Shown: positions 1 to 12,971, counted from the stretch's first letter. The stretch is DNA of 64,000 bases from Octopus vulgaris (GCA_951406725.2 OX597819.1:22010001-22074000); one strand, 5' to 3'. A program made the numbers and translations. Notes: a model not told the origin generated them from the sequence alone.

Positions 1-767
1 GTTAATTTTTCTTTTGTTATGTTAATATAGAATCATTTCATATAACATCTGCTTTAAGAATAAGTAAGAATATTCAAACATTTCAACGCAGAATTCCTGC
101 AAACATTTAAAGACATTGATTTAGTATCAACTTTTAATCACTTTCTTATCCAAAAAAAAAAGCTATATTTAAGATATTCTTTGTGAGCCTCTTTTCTTCA
201 AATTTTTTATTGCCCTTTTTTTTTTGTCTGAACGCTTCAATTGCTTTGGTTTTTCTTTGTTTTTTTTTTTTTTTTCAATTTCTTTCAAGTAAACATTTAT
301 CTCATATTCCACACCTGTCAGTAGTGAATGATTGCTATAAACTTCATATTATTGATATATTTATTAAAGAAAATTTGTCCGTTTAATTGACAATTCTTAA
401 TAACGGCCGGCCAATATAAATCAGCGAGTTTGAAGTCTGTTAACCTTTGCTTGTTATAACGCGTCTTATATTTTAAGATAACTCCTTTATATAAGAGGTT
501 AATGCCATAAATATCTACGATGGCTAGCCGAGAAAATGAGGAATTACGAGCTAGCTTGAGAGCTTTTAAGTGAGAACTCGACTTGAAAGAAACAGCAAGC
601 CACGTCCGTCAAATTGGACAATACTATGTTTTAAAAATGCATGATGTATAAGACCAAGTAGTGTTTGACCTGAAACACGAAATGGGTTTTGTTTCTCTGC
701 CATTAGTCGTAGTTCTGCTCGTGCAGGCCTGGTTTGGAAACTAAACAACAACGAGAGCATGCTTCCT

Positions 768-768
<1 letters not shown>

Positions 769-827
<59 letters not shown>

Positions 828-870
828 TGTGTCTATGTGTGTATGTGTGTTTGTATATATGTGTGCATGT
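769..870. repeat. (TG)n microsatellite
   Basis: Long TG dinucleotide run with degenerate tail. Confidence 0.95.
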
Positions 871-1180
871 GTGCTGTGAAGCTTTCATGATCTGATCCCA
901 ATAGCTGATACTCTGTTGTAAATATCGATATTGAAGCCACGTATTTGTGAAACAAACATTCTCACCTCGTCGTTATAGCTGTACTCATCTGTACTTGACC
1001 AAATCTAGCTTTGAACTAAACAACTATAACAGCATCAAACTATGGTGTAAATTAACCTCACTACTACAAATCAAATGCACAAGTATAAACAGTTCTTCCA
1101 TAGGGTAACTATTTATGTCTACTGCAATATTTAATCCGTTACGAAGAGAAAAAATAATTAGATTAAAATATCTATCCATG

Positions 1181-1266
1181 TACCATACTTAATGCATATA
1201 CATCAGGGAAGTCAAATTGGCTGCGGTATTCGTCCGGAGATAAAAATTTTATGGACGTACTTTGTT

Positions 1267-1316
<50 letters not shown>

Positions 1317-1636
1317 TATATCAGTAGCAGCAGACGAAAATCATCCAAAGGTGGTGATGAGAATGTTAGATGCGCGTTTCTGATTTTTGGGGCTTTTGTC
1401 AGTAACATGTCCTCACTACCAACTGCATACGAACACAAAATCCGCCGTCACTCTACAGGTAAAAAGGATTAAAACATCAGTGGTGTTGCATTTAGTTCGT
1501 GGCTGGCAATGAGCCCCTGCTACCTTAATATACTTATGTTTTCAAATACGACATGTCTAGAAAAGATACTGTGTCCGGACGAACACCGCAATTAACTTGC
1601 CTTTCCTGATGCATTTGCATTAGGTACAATATACTT
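1181..1636. mobile_element. Decayed MITE-like element with ~60-bp imperfect inverted arms
   Basis: Left arm tgcatatacatcagggaagtcaaattggctgcggtattcgtccgga (about 1193-1238) is the reverse complement of tccggacgaacaccgcaattaacttgcctttcctgatgcatttgca (about 1574-1619) at roughly 80% identity. A (CA)n lies inside. Confidence 0.6.
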
Positions 1637-1925
1637 CGGGTTGGTACAATATTATCTGATAATACAGACAATTTTTAGACATGTTTCGAACTAATTAGAC
1701 TTTCTCTGCAAGGCATGATTTACCATACTTGCCAGAATAGTGATGAAAGAATTACTTAATACACGCGGTGTACCCTGGCAGCAGTTATTACAAGGGAGAT
1801 AATCATATCTAGATAATTCATGGTGGGATTAGAAGCGTGAATTTTAAATCAAAACATAACATATTTAATTTTTTCTCTTCATCACTGATAGGTTAAATAT
1901 TTTTTAGTCATTCGGCAGTCTTGTA

Positions 1926-3156
1926 CGTGGTCTGATCAATAAGTATCCAGACTGTTGCCTAAGTAACGATGCCAAAGCACGCAGAGTGAAGCGGTTCGAC
2001 ACAGGTTGACCTTAAACTCTGTTGTGCTCGCTCACTTCTGCTATTTTCAGCAGTGTTTGGAAGGAAAGTGTGTAGCGTGTGATTGCCGCATTAACAATGA
2101 TAGCAAAAGCTGAGCAGAGAATCTGCATCAAACTTTGCCGAAAGCTTGGTGATACCTGCTCAGAGAGGAGTGTATGAGTCGCATTCAACTGTACGAGTGG
2201 TTCAGACGTTTCCAAGATGACAAAACAGATGTCGACAGTAACGAACGTTCTGGGAGACCTGCAACCATTAAAAATGAGAAAAACATCGCAGATGTGCGTA
2301 CAGCTGTGAGGTGAAATCGTCGAATCACCATCCGTGTGTTATCAGAGGATGTGCAGATTATTTACAGTTCAGTTCAGTCCATTATCACTGAAGATTTCGG
2401 TATGAGACGCGTGTTTGCCAAGTTTGTGCCAAAACAGCTTTCAGCTGACCAAAACGACACTCGGGTTTCAGTTGTACAAGATCTCTTCGATTGTGTCGAG
2501 AACGATGAAAACTTTTTGAAAACGGTCATAACGGGTGAAGAATCGTGGGTCTATGGCTATAACCCCGAAACAAAAGTTCAGTCGTCGTGGTGAAATGCTC
2601 CAACATCTTCGAGAGGGAAGAAAGCACGAATGAGTTGACCGTTTTCTTCGCCTACAAAGGATTGTTCACCATGGGTATGCCTCTCCTGGTCAAACAGTAA
2701 ACATGTACTACCGTGACGTTTTGCGGCGTTTGCGGGCTGCTATTCACTAAAAAAAAAGGCCACAATTGCGTGCGTCCGGTGAGTGGCAATTGCACCTTAA
2801 CAACGCTCCTACCCATTCAGCGCAGCTTGTGCACCAGTTTTTGACTAGGCACAGCATTTCCCAGGCCCCACAGCCAACGTATTCCCCAGATCTCGTCCCC
2901 TGCGACTATTTCCTCTTTCCAAAAATCAAATACCGCTCAAAAGGAAGATTTCAGAACATTGAAGAAATCAAAATCAATGCGACAAGACAGCTACTGATTA
3001 TCCCAGAAAACGTGTTCCAGGAATACTTCCATCAATGCTGGATTAAGTATGTGGCTTCCGAGTGGGATTACTTTGAAGGAGATTAAATGCCAAATTGGTA
3101 CGTGTTGTAGTTTTGTTTTCATAGCACCAGTTCGGATACTTAATAACCAGACCTCG
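1926..3156 (+). mobile_element. Full-length decayed mariner (Tc1/mariner, DD34D-type) DNA transposon
   Basis: Left TIR TA|cgtggtctgatcaataagtatccagactg matches the reverse complement of the right end cagttcggatacttaataaccagacctcg|TG. Length is about 1.23 kb and a transposase remnant lies inside. Confidence 0.93.
2097..3086 (+). pseudogene. Mariner transposase pseudogene
   Basis: Starts M..EQRICIKLC. Motifs ITGEESWVYGYNPETKVQS, HLNNAPTH and YSPDLVPCDYFLF, ending WDYFEGD*. Split by frameshifts and stops; two catalytic aspartates are mutated. Confidence 0.92.
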
Positions 3157-3463
3157 TGAAGTGCCATGTCGTCAATTTTTTAAATCAACATGGCATAACC
3201 CTAAGCAAATAAATTACACTAAATTCTATATTCTACGATGTGAGATATTTCAGGAAACATTTTATTATACAGCTAGTAAGTACATGTATAATATATTTAT
3301 TTGACATTAAAAAAAAAATTGTATATCGTAGAACTGGGTTTCTCAAACTGGTCTTCATGGAACCTTTTGACTCCAAACAGCTTTCAGGTTCCGTTGCTGA
3401 TTTATAAAAATAATACTATGATAAACCTTTTTCTAGTTTCTCTCCCAGTTTGTTTCTGTGTCC

Positions 3464-3499
3464 CTTTCTGTCGAAGAGTGTAAGCTCGAAACGTAAAAG
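3464..3499 (+). ncRNA. Hammerhead-like motif with variant core (family shared with 60073)
   Basis: CUUU-CUGUCGA-A-GAGU(GUAA)GCUC-GAAACGUA-AAAG: stem I, stem II and palindromic ACGU stem III are present; A6 is replaced. Confidence 0.55.
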
Positions 3500-3922
3500 A
3501 CTTTCTCACTTTCCGAGCGTTAAACTAATATATTTGTTTGTTGTTTACATACCCGTCTTCGTCTTTTTCTTTTTTTTTTTTTGGTGGGGTAACTTCACAC
3601 TATATACAAAGTATATACTTATGATTGTAATGAAACAGTTTTCACAGAAACATTATTTATATTATCTTAATCACCGGTCTAATCAGAATATACAAATATT
3701 CTGTTTACTGCTGTTACAACACAATGATGGCACGAATTCCGATTTACATACCCTGCTTACAAAGCGGTAAACTCACTCACACACACATACACAGATAGAT
3801 ACGATATATATACATACATAGAGCATGCCATTTTTCCTTTTACAACTCTCTCGGCTCATTCACACACACCACTTAATTTTCCTTTTCTCTGTCATTTCAT
3901 TCCTACACACACACCCTCTCTT

Positions 3923-3938
3923 TCTATCTATCTATCTG

Positions 3939-3996
<58 letters not shown>
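3923..3996. repeat. (CTAT)n microsatellite
   Basis: Direct tetranucleotide array. Confidence 0.95.
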
Positions 3997-3998
<2 letters not shown>

Positions 3999-4866
3999 GT
4001 TCTTTCCCTACTCCTTATCATCATCATACCTAGAGTTTTACACTCCATCCAGCAGCCGGTTATCTCACACATATGAAAACGTATAACGATGCACAACCAC
4101 GAACACGAGTGAAAGAAGTTAAGCAGTGGCTGCACAGTATTGGCTTTCAAAACCACAAACATATACAAATACCTAAAGTAAATTTATATAAGATCTTCCT
4201 TGTTAGTTCTGCTTGAATAATAAATATTTAGATTTGACGTAAGAATATTAATTCTGGATATATTCTGCTGAACCAGAGAAATTCGGAAACTCACGCTAAT
4301 ATTACCTGATAATTTTGTATCGCTTTCAGTTTAAGCGTCAATAAATGTGAAGTGGTTGTTAAAAATAGTTCAGAATTTTCATCATCATCATCATCGTCAT
4401 CATCAACGTCTGGACAGTACTATCTCGAGTTCTAAGACTCGTAGAACTGGTTACCCGGTTTCCATGGTACAAAATTAACCGATATCATAACACTTTCTGT
4501 AAACAGGACGCCCTTCCGGCGGCACAGAGTTACTCATTTACAGCCGAATGGAGGGAATCAACGTGAAGTGAACTGTTTTGTACATCACCCACAATACATC
4601 ACCCAGAACGCGAACCGAAACCACCACTAGACTATGTACCTTCACCTGCACAATATCACGATTTTAAATAGGTTGGTCAAACAGATAAACCCAGAGGCAA
4701 TGAAGATAAATATGCGGAGCAATTATATATATATATATATACATCACAATCAAGGAACGGCCATAATAGGCCATTCACCCACTAGAAATAACAGCCAAAA
4801 GCTTCAACCGCAAAATAACATCAATTCCGTAATCCAGGAGAAAATTAAAAAAACATTTACCCTGTA

Positions 4867-4973
4867 ATTTCTTATACGATGCACCGTTTCGTCTACTGTT
4901 TAATGATAAACTAACCTGATTAAATTAAATCAAGCCAATCTACCATAGGCCCTTAGATTCATCAGTAAGAAAT
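4867..4973 (-). ncRNA. Type I hammerhead ribozyme, copy 1
   Basis: Minus strand AUUUCUUA-CUGAUGA-aUCUA...long hairpin...UAGAc-GAAA-CGGUGCAUCG-UA|UAAGAAAU: 8-bp stem I, intact core, near-palindromic stem III. Confidence 0.85.
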
Positions 4974-5359
4974 AGCCAAGTCGGAACAGATATTTTTCAC
5001 GAGGCATTCCCGTCCCTACCTCGGCAATATCTGACCTAAAATTTTCAAATCATCGCACTCGCGCCCAATTTATCGGCAGCAAATAAATATAAGCCGCCGA
5101 TTCCATTACGGAATTAACCAGAAAATTCATAATTAATCAATATAGGGTGGCAAAAAAAAATTTTGTAGAATTCTTTTGCCACCAGCGGCCTAGTGGGAAA
5201 AAATTAAATAGTCATAAACCATTTTTAAGTTCAACATCACAATCAAGGAACGGCCATAATAGGCCATTCACCCACTAGAAATAACAGCCAAAGCTTCAAC
5301 CGCAAAATAACATCAATTCCGTAAACCAGGAGAAAATTAAAAAAAACATTTACCCTGTA

Positions 5360-5466
5360 ATTTCTTATACGATGCACCGTTTCGTCTACTGCTTAATGAT
5401 AAACTAACCTGATTAAATTAAATCAAGCCAATCTACCATAGGCCCTTAGATTCATCAGTAAGAAAT
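5360..5466 (-). ncRNA. Type I hammerhead ribozyme, copy 2
   Basis: Same motif as 4867-4973, 493 nt away, with one substitution in an internal loop of stem II. Confidence 0.85.
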
Positions 5467-5740
5467 AGCCAAGTCGGAACAGATATTTTTCACGAGGCAT
5501 TCCCGTCCCTACCTCGGCAATATCTGACCTAAAATTTTCAAATCATCGCACTCGCGCCCAATTTATCGGCAGCAAATAAATATAAGCCGCCGATTCCATT
5601 ACGGAATTAACCAGAAAATTCATAATTAATCAATATAGGGTGGCAAAAAAAAAATTTTGTAGAATTCTTTTGCCACCAGCGGCCTAGTGGGAAAAAATTA
5701 AATAGTCATAAACCATTTTTAAGTTCAACATCACAATCAA

Positions 5741-5934
5741 GGGGCTAAACACAGAGGGGACAAACAAGGACAGACAAACGGATTAAGTCGATTACATCGA
5801 CTCCAATGTGTAACTGGTACTTAATTTATCAACCCCGAAAGGATGAAAGGCAAAGTCGACCTCGGCGGAATTTGAACTCCGAACGTAACGACAGACGAAA
5901 TACGGCTACGCATTTCGCCCGGCATGCTAACGTT
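5741..5934 (-). mobile_element. tRNA-derived SINE family A (long-tail form), partial
   Basis: Reverse complement of gttcaaattccgccgaggtcgactttgcctttcatcctttcgggg...aagtaccag, a core recurring many times in the window. Confidence 0.85.
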
Positions 5935-5936
5935 TA

Positions 5937-5959
<23 letters not shown>

Positions 5960-5975
<16 letters not shown>

Positions 5976-6757
5976 GGCAGTTTGTCTGTGGGCGTGTCTG
6001 TCAGGTTGTACCCTCACCCTGACCACGGCTTTCAACCGATTCTGATGAAACTTGATACACACATAGCCCGATGTCATAATTCAAACCTAACGCAGCGAAA
6101 ATTTTGAAAAGTTCCCCCAGTTCTGAAAAAATTTCGATAAATTAGACATGCGTCGAGAATCTAAGCTTTTTATACGCAACACATTTTCTACAGACAGTCA
6201 TGGGGACGCAACTCGACCTTTTTAACTCTCGGAACACGTGGGGTAAGTATCCCAAAATGAATAAAAATGTACAAAAACGGCAAAAAAGCGGGCAGCAATG
6301 TAAGTGACAACAACGAAAAAGTCAAAAGTGACTAAACTGAACAAACGAATGGAAAAGGTTTTTTGATGCACACGACAAAAGCGGTTTATAATAAACCAGG
6401 AGTTTGCAAGTAGCGTCCGAGGACCCTTAGGGTACGTCAAAAATTTAGGGTAAAACGTTTGGAGTGGTAGTTATAAAGAAAGTGTAAACAAAAAAAGTAT
6501 TCGAATAACTTGCGGCTGCAGCAGCTATTAGCAGAAGTGGCGGTGTTGGGGGTAAAGTCTCGAATGTCATTTCTTCCTGGTAGGAATAGGTTGGGTTGAA
6601 TTATCGATAGCTGTTTGATAGTTATTTGGGAGTGAAGAGAAGACTTTGCAACCTACACATGCGCCTTCGTTCCCTAGAGGGAAAGGACTAGATTGGGATT
6701 AGTCGTTGCCTACTAGGGGCTTTTACATACCCGGGCAACGCCGGGCTATGCTGCTAG
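5960..6757 (+). mobile_element. Non-autonomous Helitron-like element
   Basis: 3' end cccgggcaacgccggg hairpin followed by tgCTAG|T. The 5' end is buried in (TA)n. Confidence 0.7.
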
Positions 6758-6774
6758 TATATATATATAAGTAA

Positions 6775-7100
6775 AGAATCCCTTCGGTCATGAATGACCA
6801 TGATGGCATTGCACCTAAGGAGTCACCCTCTGAGGCACAAGTCAGGGCAAGGTTGTTTATGGAAGACCAGCAGTCACCACGCATACCAGTCTCGCCTCTC
6901 CACGCCACCGTTGTTATCCAAGGGAAAAGCAAAGACTAATATACAGCTTGGCAACGGTGACGTCGGAATTCATTTCTACGGATGAGTAAACTAGAGCAAC
7001 GTGAACTAAAGTGTCTTTCTCAAGAACACAACTCACAAACCGGTCTAGCAATCAAATTCACTACCTCATGATTGTGAGCCCAACGCTTTAACCACTGAAC
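6775..7100 (-). mobile_element. tRNA-derived SINE family D
   Basis: Minus-strand tRNA-like head (cagtggttaaagcgttgggctcacaatcatgagg) and cttgag..agacacttt core. Related fragments occur near 4420-4650 and 11430-11675. Confidence 0.65.
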
Positions 7101-7189
7101 GATATCTATGTGTGTGTGTGGAAACCAGCCGCCCTCTGGAATAGAGTGTGGTAAGAAAAATATAAGAAAAAGAAAACATCTATGGACCA

Positions 7190-8290
7190 TTGATAAGGAG
7201 TCTGAAAATCCGGAACCTAAGATACACTTTCAGCTTCATAACTATTATTACCAGAGCAATAGGATCCATACCAACCCGTCAAAGTATGGGTGAACTTGGG
7301 ATCTTAAGAAGAGAATGCAAATCTTTAATTCCTATGCAACAAATGATCGCGATACCAGGGACTATAAAAATCTGTGAGACCTTAAGATTTCAAAGATGGT
7401 GGATGAAAGAAGATAGTTTTCTGCACAATTTTTTCTACCAAAAAGGTGGCCTGCCAAAATTGAGTCGAAAATTATAGAGAGAAAGAGAAAAAGATGCATA
7501 CATTGCTGAACTCACAACTCTTTTATTCTAACGATGAATTAACATTTGTACCTATCATCATTGGTTCATTAGGTTATGTATAGAGGGGAAATGGCCAGTG
7601 GTTAGGGCAGCGGACACGTGGTCGTACGATCGCGGTTTCGATTGCCAGACCAGGCGTTGTGAGTGTTTGTTGAGCGAAAACACTTAAAGTTCCACGAGGC
7701 TCCGGCAGGGGGTGCTGGCGAGCCCTGCTTTACTCTTGCACCACAACTTCTTCTCACACTTTCTTCCAGTTTCTATTGTACCTGTATTTCGAAGGGCCAG
7801 CCTTGTCACACTTTTGTGTCACGCTGAATCTCCCCGAGAGCTACGTTAAGGATACACGTGTCTGTGGAGTACTCAGCCACTTACCCGTTAATTTCACGAG
7901 CAGGCTCTTCCATTGACCGGATCAACTGGAACCCGCGTCATCGTAACTGACAGAGTGCTACGATTAGGTTATGTAGCAGCTATTTTGCATAAAAAACTTA
8001 GAAATACTCGGTTTCACGAAAAGAAACACCTAAAGAAATTAATGCGGATTCCTCAGATCCAATCTGTTAGTGGTACAAGAAAAATATGTAACACATTCTA
8101 AAAATTCTGCATGTGAGGTTTTTATGTGAATACATGCACGCACTTGGATGTATAGGTCGACAGTTGAAGCAACACTGAAACTCAACCACACATTTGGAAA
8201 AAAGGGAACTGTCTTAACTCGAAAAACTGTGTCGCTTTGTTAGCAACTGGCTTGAACTCTCTTAAGAAAAAAAATTAAACTCAAACAAAA
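7190..8290 (+). mobile_element. Two 3' fragments of an R4/Dong-like RLE non-LTR retrotransposon, the second interrupted by a SINE
   Basis: Translations FVPIIIGSLGYV and LMRIPQIQSVSGTRKICNTF match the C-terminus seen at about 48900 and 63500. A (CATA)n/(CAGA)n array follows at 8295-8400. Confidence 0.7.
7581..7962 (+). mobile_element. tRNA-derived SINE family B, full length with 13-bp TSD
   Basis: A box tggccagtgg and B box gtttcgattgcc. TSD attaggttatgta at 7568-7580 and 7963-7975. Homologous to 15455-15841. Confidence 0.9.
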
Positions 8291-8896
8291 ATTATACATA
8301 CAGACAGACATACATACAGACAGACAAGCAGACAGATAGACAGACAGCTAGGCATACATACATACATACATACATACATACATACATACATACACACACA
8401 TTTTATTGCTGAAATACTTTTGGTAGATATGCTCGATCAGGACCTCCAACGTGCGTTTGAAAAGCTGTAAAAACTTTGGTTAAATAACAACTTAATGCAT
8501 TTTATGAGTTTTTCTCAATTGTTTTATCTTTACAACATCCGTAAATTTTTTTTTTGTTTCTATGTTTTAATCCTGAAGACGTGCGCAAAACACTTTTGAG
8601 AAGACTTATTGTTGAGAAGACTTATTAGTTATGACAATTCGTTAAATTGATATTGATTTATCCCCTGATCATTCTGACATTTTGATTCCATCTAATCATA
8701 ATATGATTGCATCGAGGGTAACAGAGCAAGAGTTCTCTGGTATCTGATCATTCTCTCCAATTAAGTCCTTGGTCCGATGCAGAGTTATTACTGCGCAATC
8801 AAATGTTAATGAAATATGCTGCATAATAATGAAACGGATATAATTATTCACTATATATATGTGTGTGTGTGTGTGTGTGCGTGTATTCTCTGTAGA

Positions 8897-8936
<40 letters not shown>

Positions 8937-10153
8937 GCCTTTACACAGCTTCTAACGCTGGAGAATACCACAGTGTCAGATTTTCACCACCATTGAACTA
9001 AGGTAACACCTCTTATTTTTCGAGCACCTTCTGGAGTATTCGAGCGGTTCCAAGCTGTGCTGTTTTCTGCAAGTGCTCCACCCTTATTGCAGCCCTTACT
9101 GTTCCCCGGGCCCCGACAATTATTGGTACTCCTGCTACCTTTTTCATCGACCACAACTGCTTAACTTCCCAAGCTAACCTGTCATATCTCTCGACTTTTC
9201 TTTCTTTCTAAACACAAACCTTGTTGTCGGCGGAGCATGCTATATCTATTATCCAGCATAGTTTGTTTTCTTACTCAATTAAGACTATGTCCGGCTTCCT
9301 ATTCTCAATCTCATGGTCGCACTGAATCATAAAATCACATAGGATCTTTGCATTTCTACTTTCGACAATGACTTCAGGTTTGTGGTCGTACCAATTTTTT
9401 GCTCTGTCAAGTCCATACTTGATGTAAAGTGTCCACTGGACAAGCCTGGTTATTTGTCGTGGCCTCTCTTATATTCCTTCTGAGCTACTGGCGTACATTG
9501 GCTGGTAATATGCCATACGGTTTCATAGTTTTGTTCTGTATTTTATGTAATTTGTTCTTAGTGTTTGCTCTTGGGCAGCACAGATTAGAGCCTCCGTTTC
9601 CGGTTTTAAATCACTTTTAGTCATCCATAGCCATCTGTTTTCTATGTCTGTCTTATCTTCAACATCCCTATGAAATTGCCAATGCATTCTTTTCTTTACC
9701 CACCTATTTTCAGTTTCATCCGTTTTCAATTTCTTGTATAGTGCTTTATCTTTGCAATCTGTCATCCTACACAAGCCTGAACTTCCTACTTCTAATAATA
9801 GCGGTTCTGTGGCATTTTTACATACCATGGTATGTTGTTTTCTTCTGCTCTAATGCTGTGTTTGCTTCCAATAAGTCCTCTTCCCCCTCTTTTTCTTGGT
9901 ACATACAGTCTCTCTGTGTCACTTTTTGGGTGAAGTGACCCATATCTAGTTATCAACTTCCTTGTCTTTCTGTCTAAGCTGTTTAGTTTGTCTACTGCCC
10001 ATGCGATTAGCCCTGCTCCATATCTGAGGAGTGAACCCACCCAGATATTGATAGCTTCGATCTTATTCCGTCCGTTTAATTTCAACTTAAGAATTAGCCT
10101 CAGTCTGCGCAATTACTCCACCTTATTTTTTTCTGGCATTTCTTTCTGCATCA
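8937..10153 (-). mobile_element. 5'-truncated R4/Dong-clade RLE non-LTR retrotransposon inserted in (TAA)n
   Basis: Translations LHPKSDTERLYVPRKRGGRGL and LKPETEALICAAQEQTLRTNY, plus an RLE region with RKPDIVLI...IIDIAC. (TAA)n arrays flank both ends (8896-8936 and 10154-10215). Confidence 0.88.
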
Positions 10154-10160
10154 ATTATTA

Positions 10161-10215
<55 letters not shown>

Positions 10216-10776
10216 GAGTGAGAGAACAGTGCATGCCATCAAAGTGACACTGGGGTAAAATGTACGAAGCCCAGTATACCCATCATGACTACCCGTCTCA
10301 TAAGGGTACACCAGGCACATGCATCACAACCATATGTGCGTGACATGGTGAATTCATATCAAGATAAACAACGCATGACCTTGCAAGTGGGTCCCAGTTA
10401 GAATTTTCTTCTGCTCGAGTAGTCCCCTTCCCTCGTTCAAAAGGTTCCTGAATAAGGATTGTTTAAGGATGTTGAACGAACCACCCATGTTTCCAAATGT
10501 GAATTACCCAAACCTCTTAGAATTTTTTTCAACTCACGTCTATGATGCTCCCCCACTACTTCTGCTCGTGATCAGAGATGCACATATCATCAGCCACTAA
10601 GAGAGAGGCTCAACTGCTTAAGGTCAAATAACTGACAAGCAAATCTGTGGTATTGAGCAGAATATTTGCTGTAGCCCATCTTTTATACAAAGACAAAACA
10701 ATGTACATGATAACACTTCCAATCAGTTAAGATCAGAAGCCATATGAGAGCCACTGCCTGGTACTGCATCAAGGCA
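10216..10776. mobile_element. Non-coding ~560-bp element bounded by (TAA)n arrays, unclassified
   Basis: Sharp boundaries with (TAT)n on both sides, higher GC than the flanks and no credible ORF. Confidence 0.55.
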
Positions 10777-10806
10777 TTCATTATTATCATCATCATCATC
10801 ATTATG

Positions 10807-10895
<89 letters not shown>

Positions 10896-12059
10896 AGAAA
10901 GATCTTTTCATCTGAAAGGTAGAAGCTTTATATTTTCTATGGAATAAGGAACCATCAGCCCTGGGTCAGATTTCGAATAAAAATAATTGAATGCACCGTG
11001 TTATCTTGAATCAATGGTGGATAAAACAGTCATAAACGAGGCTATACACTATTACAGCCAACTCTGCAGCCATTACCTTTTCAAACACTACCACATCTAC
11101 GGTTACTAAGACCACTACTGTTACTTACATTAATACTACAACTTCATCACGTCTCGTATTGCCACTACTAATACTGCAACTGTTAACACTGCTAGTACTA
11201 ATGCTACTCACACAACTAACAAGACCAATACCAATACTAAAACTACAAGCACGACGAACGCCAACACCGTCACTTCTACCCTTGCTAAAATACAACTACT
11301 ACTACACTACCCACTATATCATGTTCAGTAATATGATGAATGACCAAATGTGGTACGTAGCGTTCTACTGCATCCTATACACTAATATGGTAGGGTCCAT
11401 CCTACGCATTGGTAATCTCTCGTGTTTCGAGAAAGACGCTTCTGCGATTTCTTGTTAAACAAGCTTTTCTGCTGTACATTCGCTTACAGCCTCCATCAAA
11501 TTAATGTTGCCTGAACAGGTACACTGTCTGCCACACGTCAGGTGTAGACAGTGATCGTAGAGCAGCGTGAGATGAAGTGTTTTGCTCAAGAATACAGTGC
11601 ACCACTCGGGCCAGGAATTGAAACTACGATCTCACGATCAGGAGTGCAGCACCCTAATCACAGGGTCATACGCCCTCGTATATATGAAATATAATAGGTT
11701 CGAAAATTTCTCCGAACCAGGTTTATTAAAGCAATTATTTGATAAAAAAAAGGAAACTCTGTTTATGTGTACTTAAAGTATTAAAACAACATCAAGAGGA
11801 GGTAACTCTAATAAGTTCTGTTGACTGAAATTTTTTAATAACATAGAGAACGTACTGGCCTCACTATTACTTTAATTTTTTTCTTTCTAATGTTGACACA
11901 CAAGATCCTCAATTTTGAGGGGAGGTGAATTCGATAACATCGATCCCCAATACTGGACTTTTACGTACTTGATCGAAAGGATGAAAGGCACAGTCGACCT
12001 CGGCGGAATTAAACATTATCACAATCACCTTTATTATGAGCAATGGGGCTAAAGTGTTG

Positions 12060-12500
12060 AGCAAGTAGAATGCTTAGCCCGCCAAACAAAATGCTTACCG
12101 GTATTTCGTCAGTACGGCGAGCTGGCAGAATCGTTAGCACGCCGGGCGAAATGCGAAGCCGTATTTCGTCTGTCGCTACGTTCTGAGTTCAAATTCCGAC
12201 GAGGTCGACTTTGCCTTTCATCCGTTTGGGGTCGATAAATTAAGTACCAGTTACGCAATGGGGTTGATGTAATCGACTTAATCCGTTTGTCTGTCCTTGT
12301 TTGTCCCCTCTGTGTTTATCCCCTTATGGGCAGTAAAGAAATAGGCATTTCGTCAGTACTTTCGTTCTGAGTTTAAATTCCTCAGAGATCGATTTTATCT
12401 GTCGGGGTCGATAAAATAAGCACGTTAGACACTTGGATCGAATTAATCGACTTACGTCCTCCGCTAAAATTTCAGGCTGTGTGCCTATAGCAGAAACGGT
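12060..12500 (+). mobile_element. Nested SINE A: long-tail copy (12116-12343) inserted into an older SINE A copy
   Basis: 16-bp duplication ggtatttcgtcagtac (12100-12115) / ggcatttcgtcagtac (12344-12359). The outer copy resumes with ttcgttctgagtttaaattcc. Confidence 0.85.
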
Positions 12501-12971
12501 TATTAGTAATATATCTCTCACTGCTAAACATTATTGTCATTATGTAAAAGCTCGCCGACCATACTGTCCTGTTTGTTACGAAAATTTATCTAATGTCAAC
12601 CAATTAGCTGGTTTGTCTCTTCATCGAAGTTATTTACAAGTGGAAGGAGTGGGCTATGCCTGGTTGGTTAATCATACGGCTGACAGAAACATTTGTCTTC
12701 ATTAAAAGGAGGGATTAAAGTCCTTTCCTTCACCGTACAATTTCTAAAATGTCCAAGTGGCCAATGATCAAATTACAGATAAATTGAATTTATAATCTAT
12801 TTCACATTAGTGAATTGCTCGAGTAAGATATCAATACAATGTTGGCTGCAAAACTGACTTGATTCATGCATCAAGCTAAACTGCTATTAATTTGTAATAT
12901 AAAATAGAAGAAATTTTGTTATAAAATAAAAGATTAATGACACTAAATCATTACGTTACTTAGTATGATGT

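Larger units (their letters stand above)
4741..5742 (-). mobile_element. Tandem 493/494-bp non-coding unit (2 copies plus 15 bp of a third), one hammerhead per unit; retrozyme-like or non-autonomous PLE-like
   Basis: acatcacaatcaagg starts at 4741, 5234 and 5728. Copies are about 99% identical (2 substitutions plus A-run length changes). The array abuts (TA)n on the left and a SINE on the right. Confidence 0.85.

Noticed and set aside
6042-6052. CTGATGA inside the Helitron-like repeat
   Set aside because: No stem II, GAAA or stem I partner in register.
10700-10776. Possible HDV-like ribozyme at the end of the TAA-flanked element
   Set aside because: No P1/P3/P1.1 pairing could be assembled by eye.
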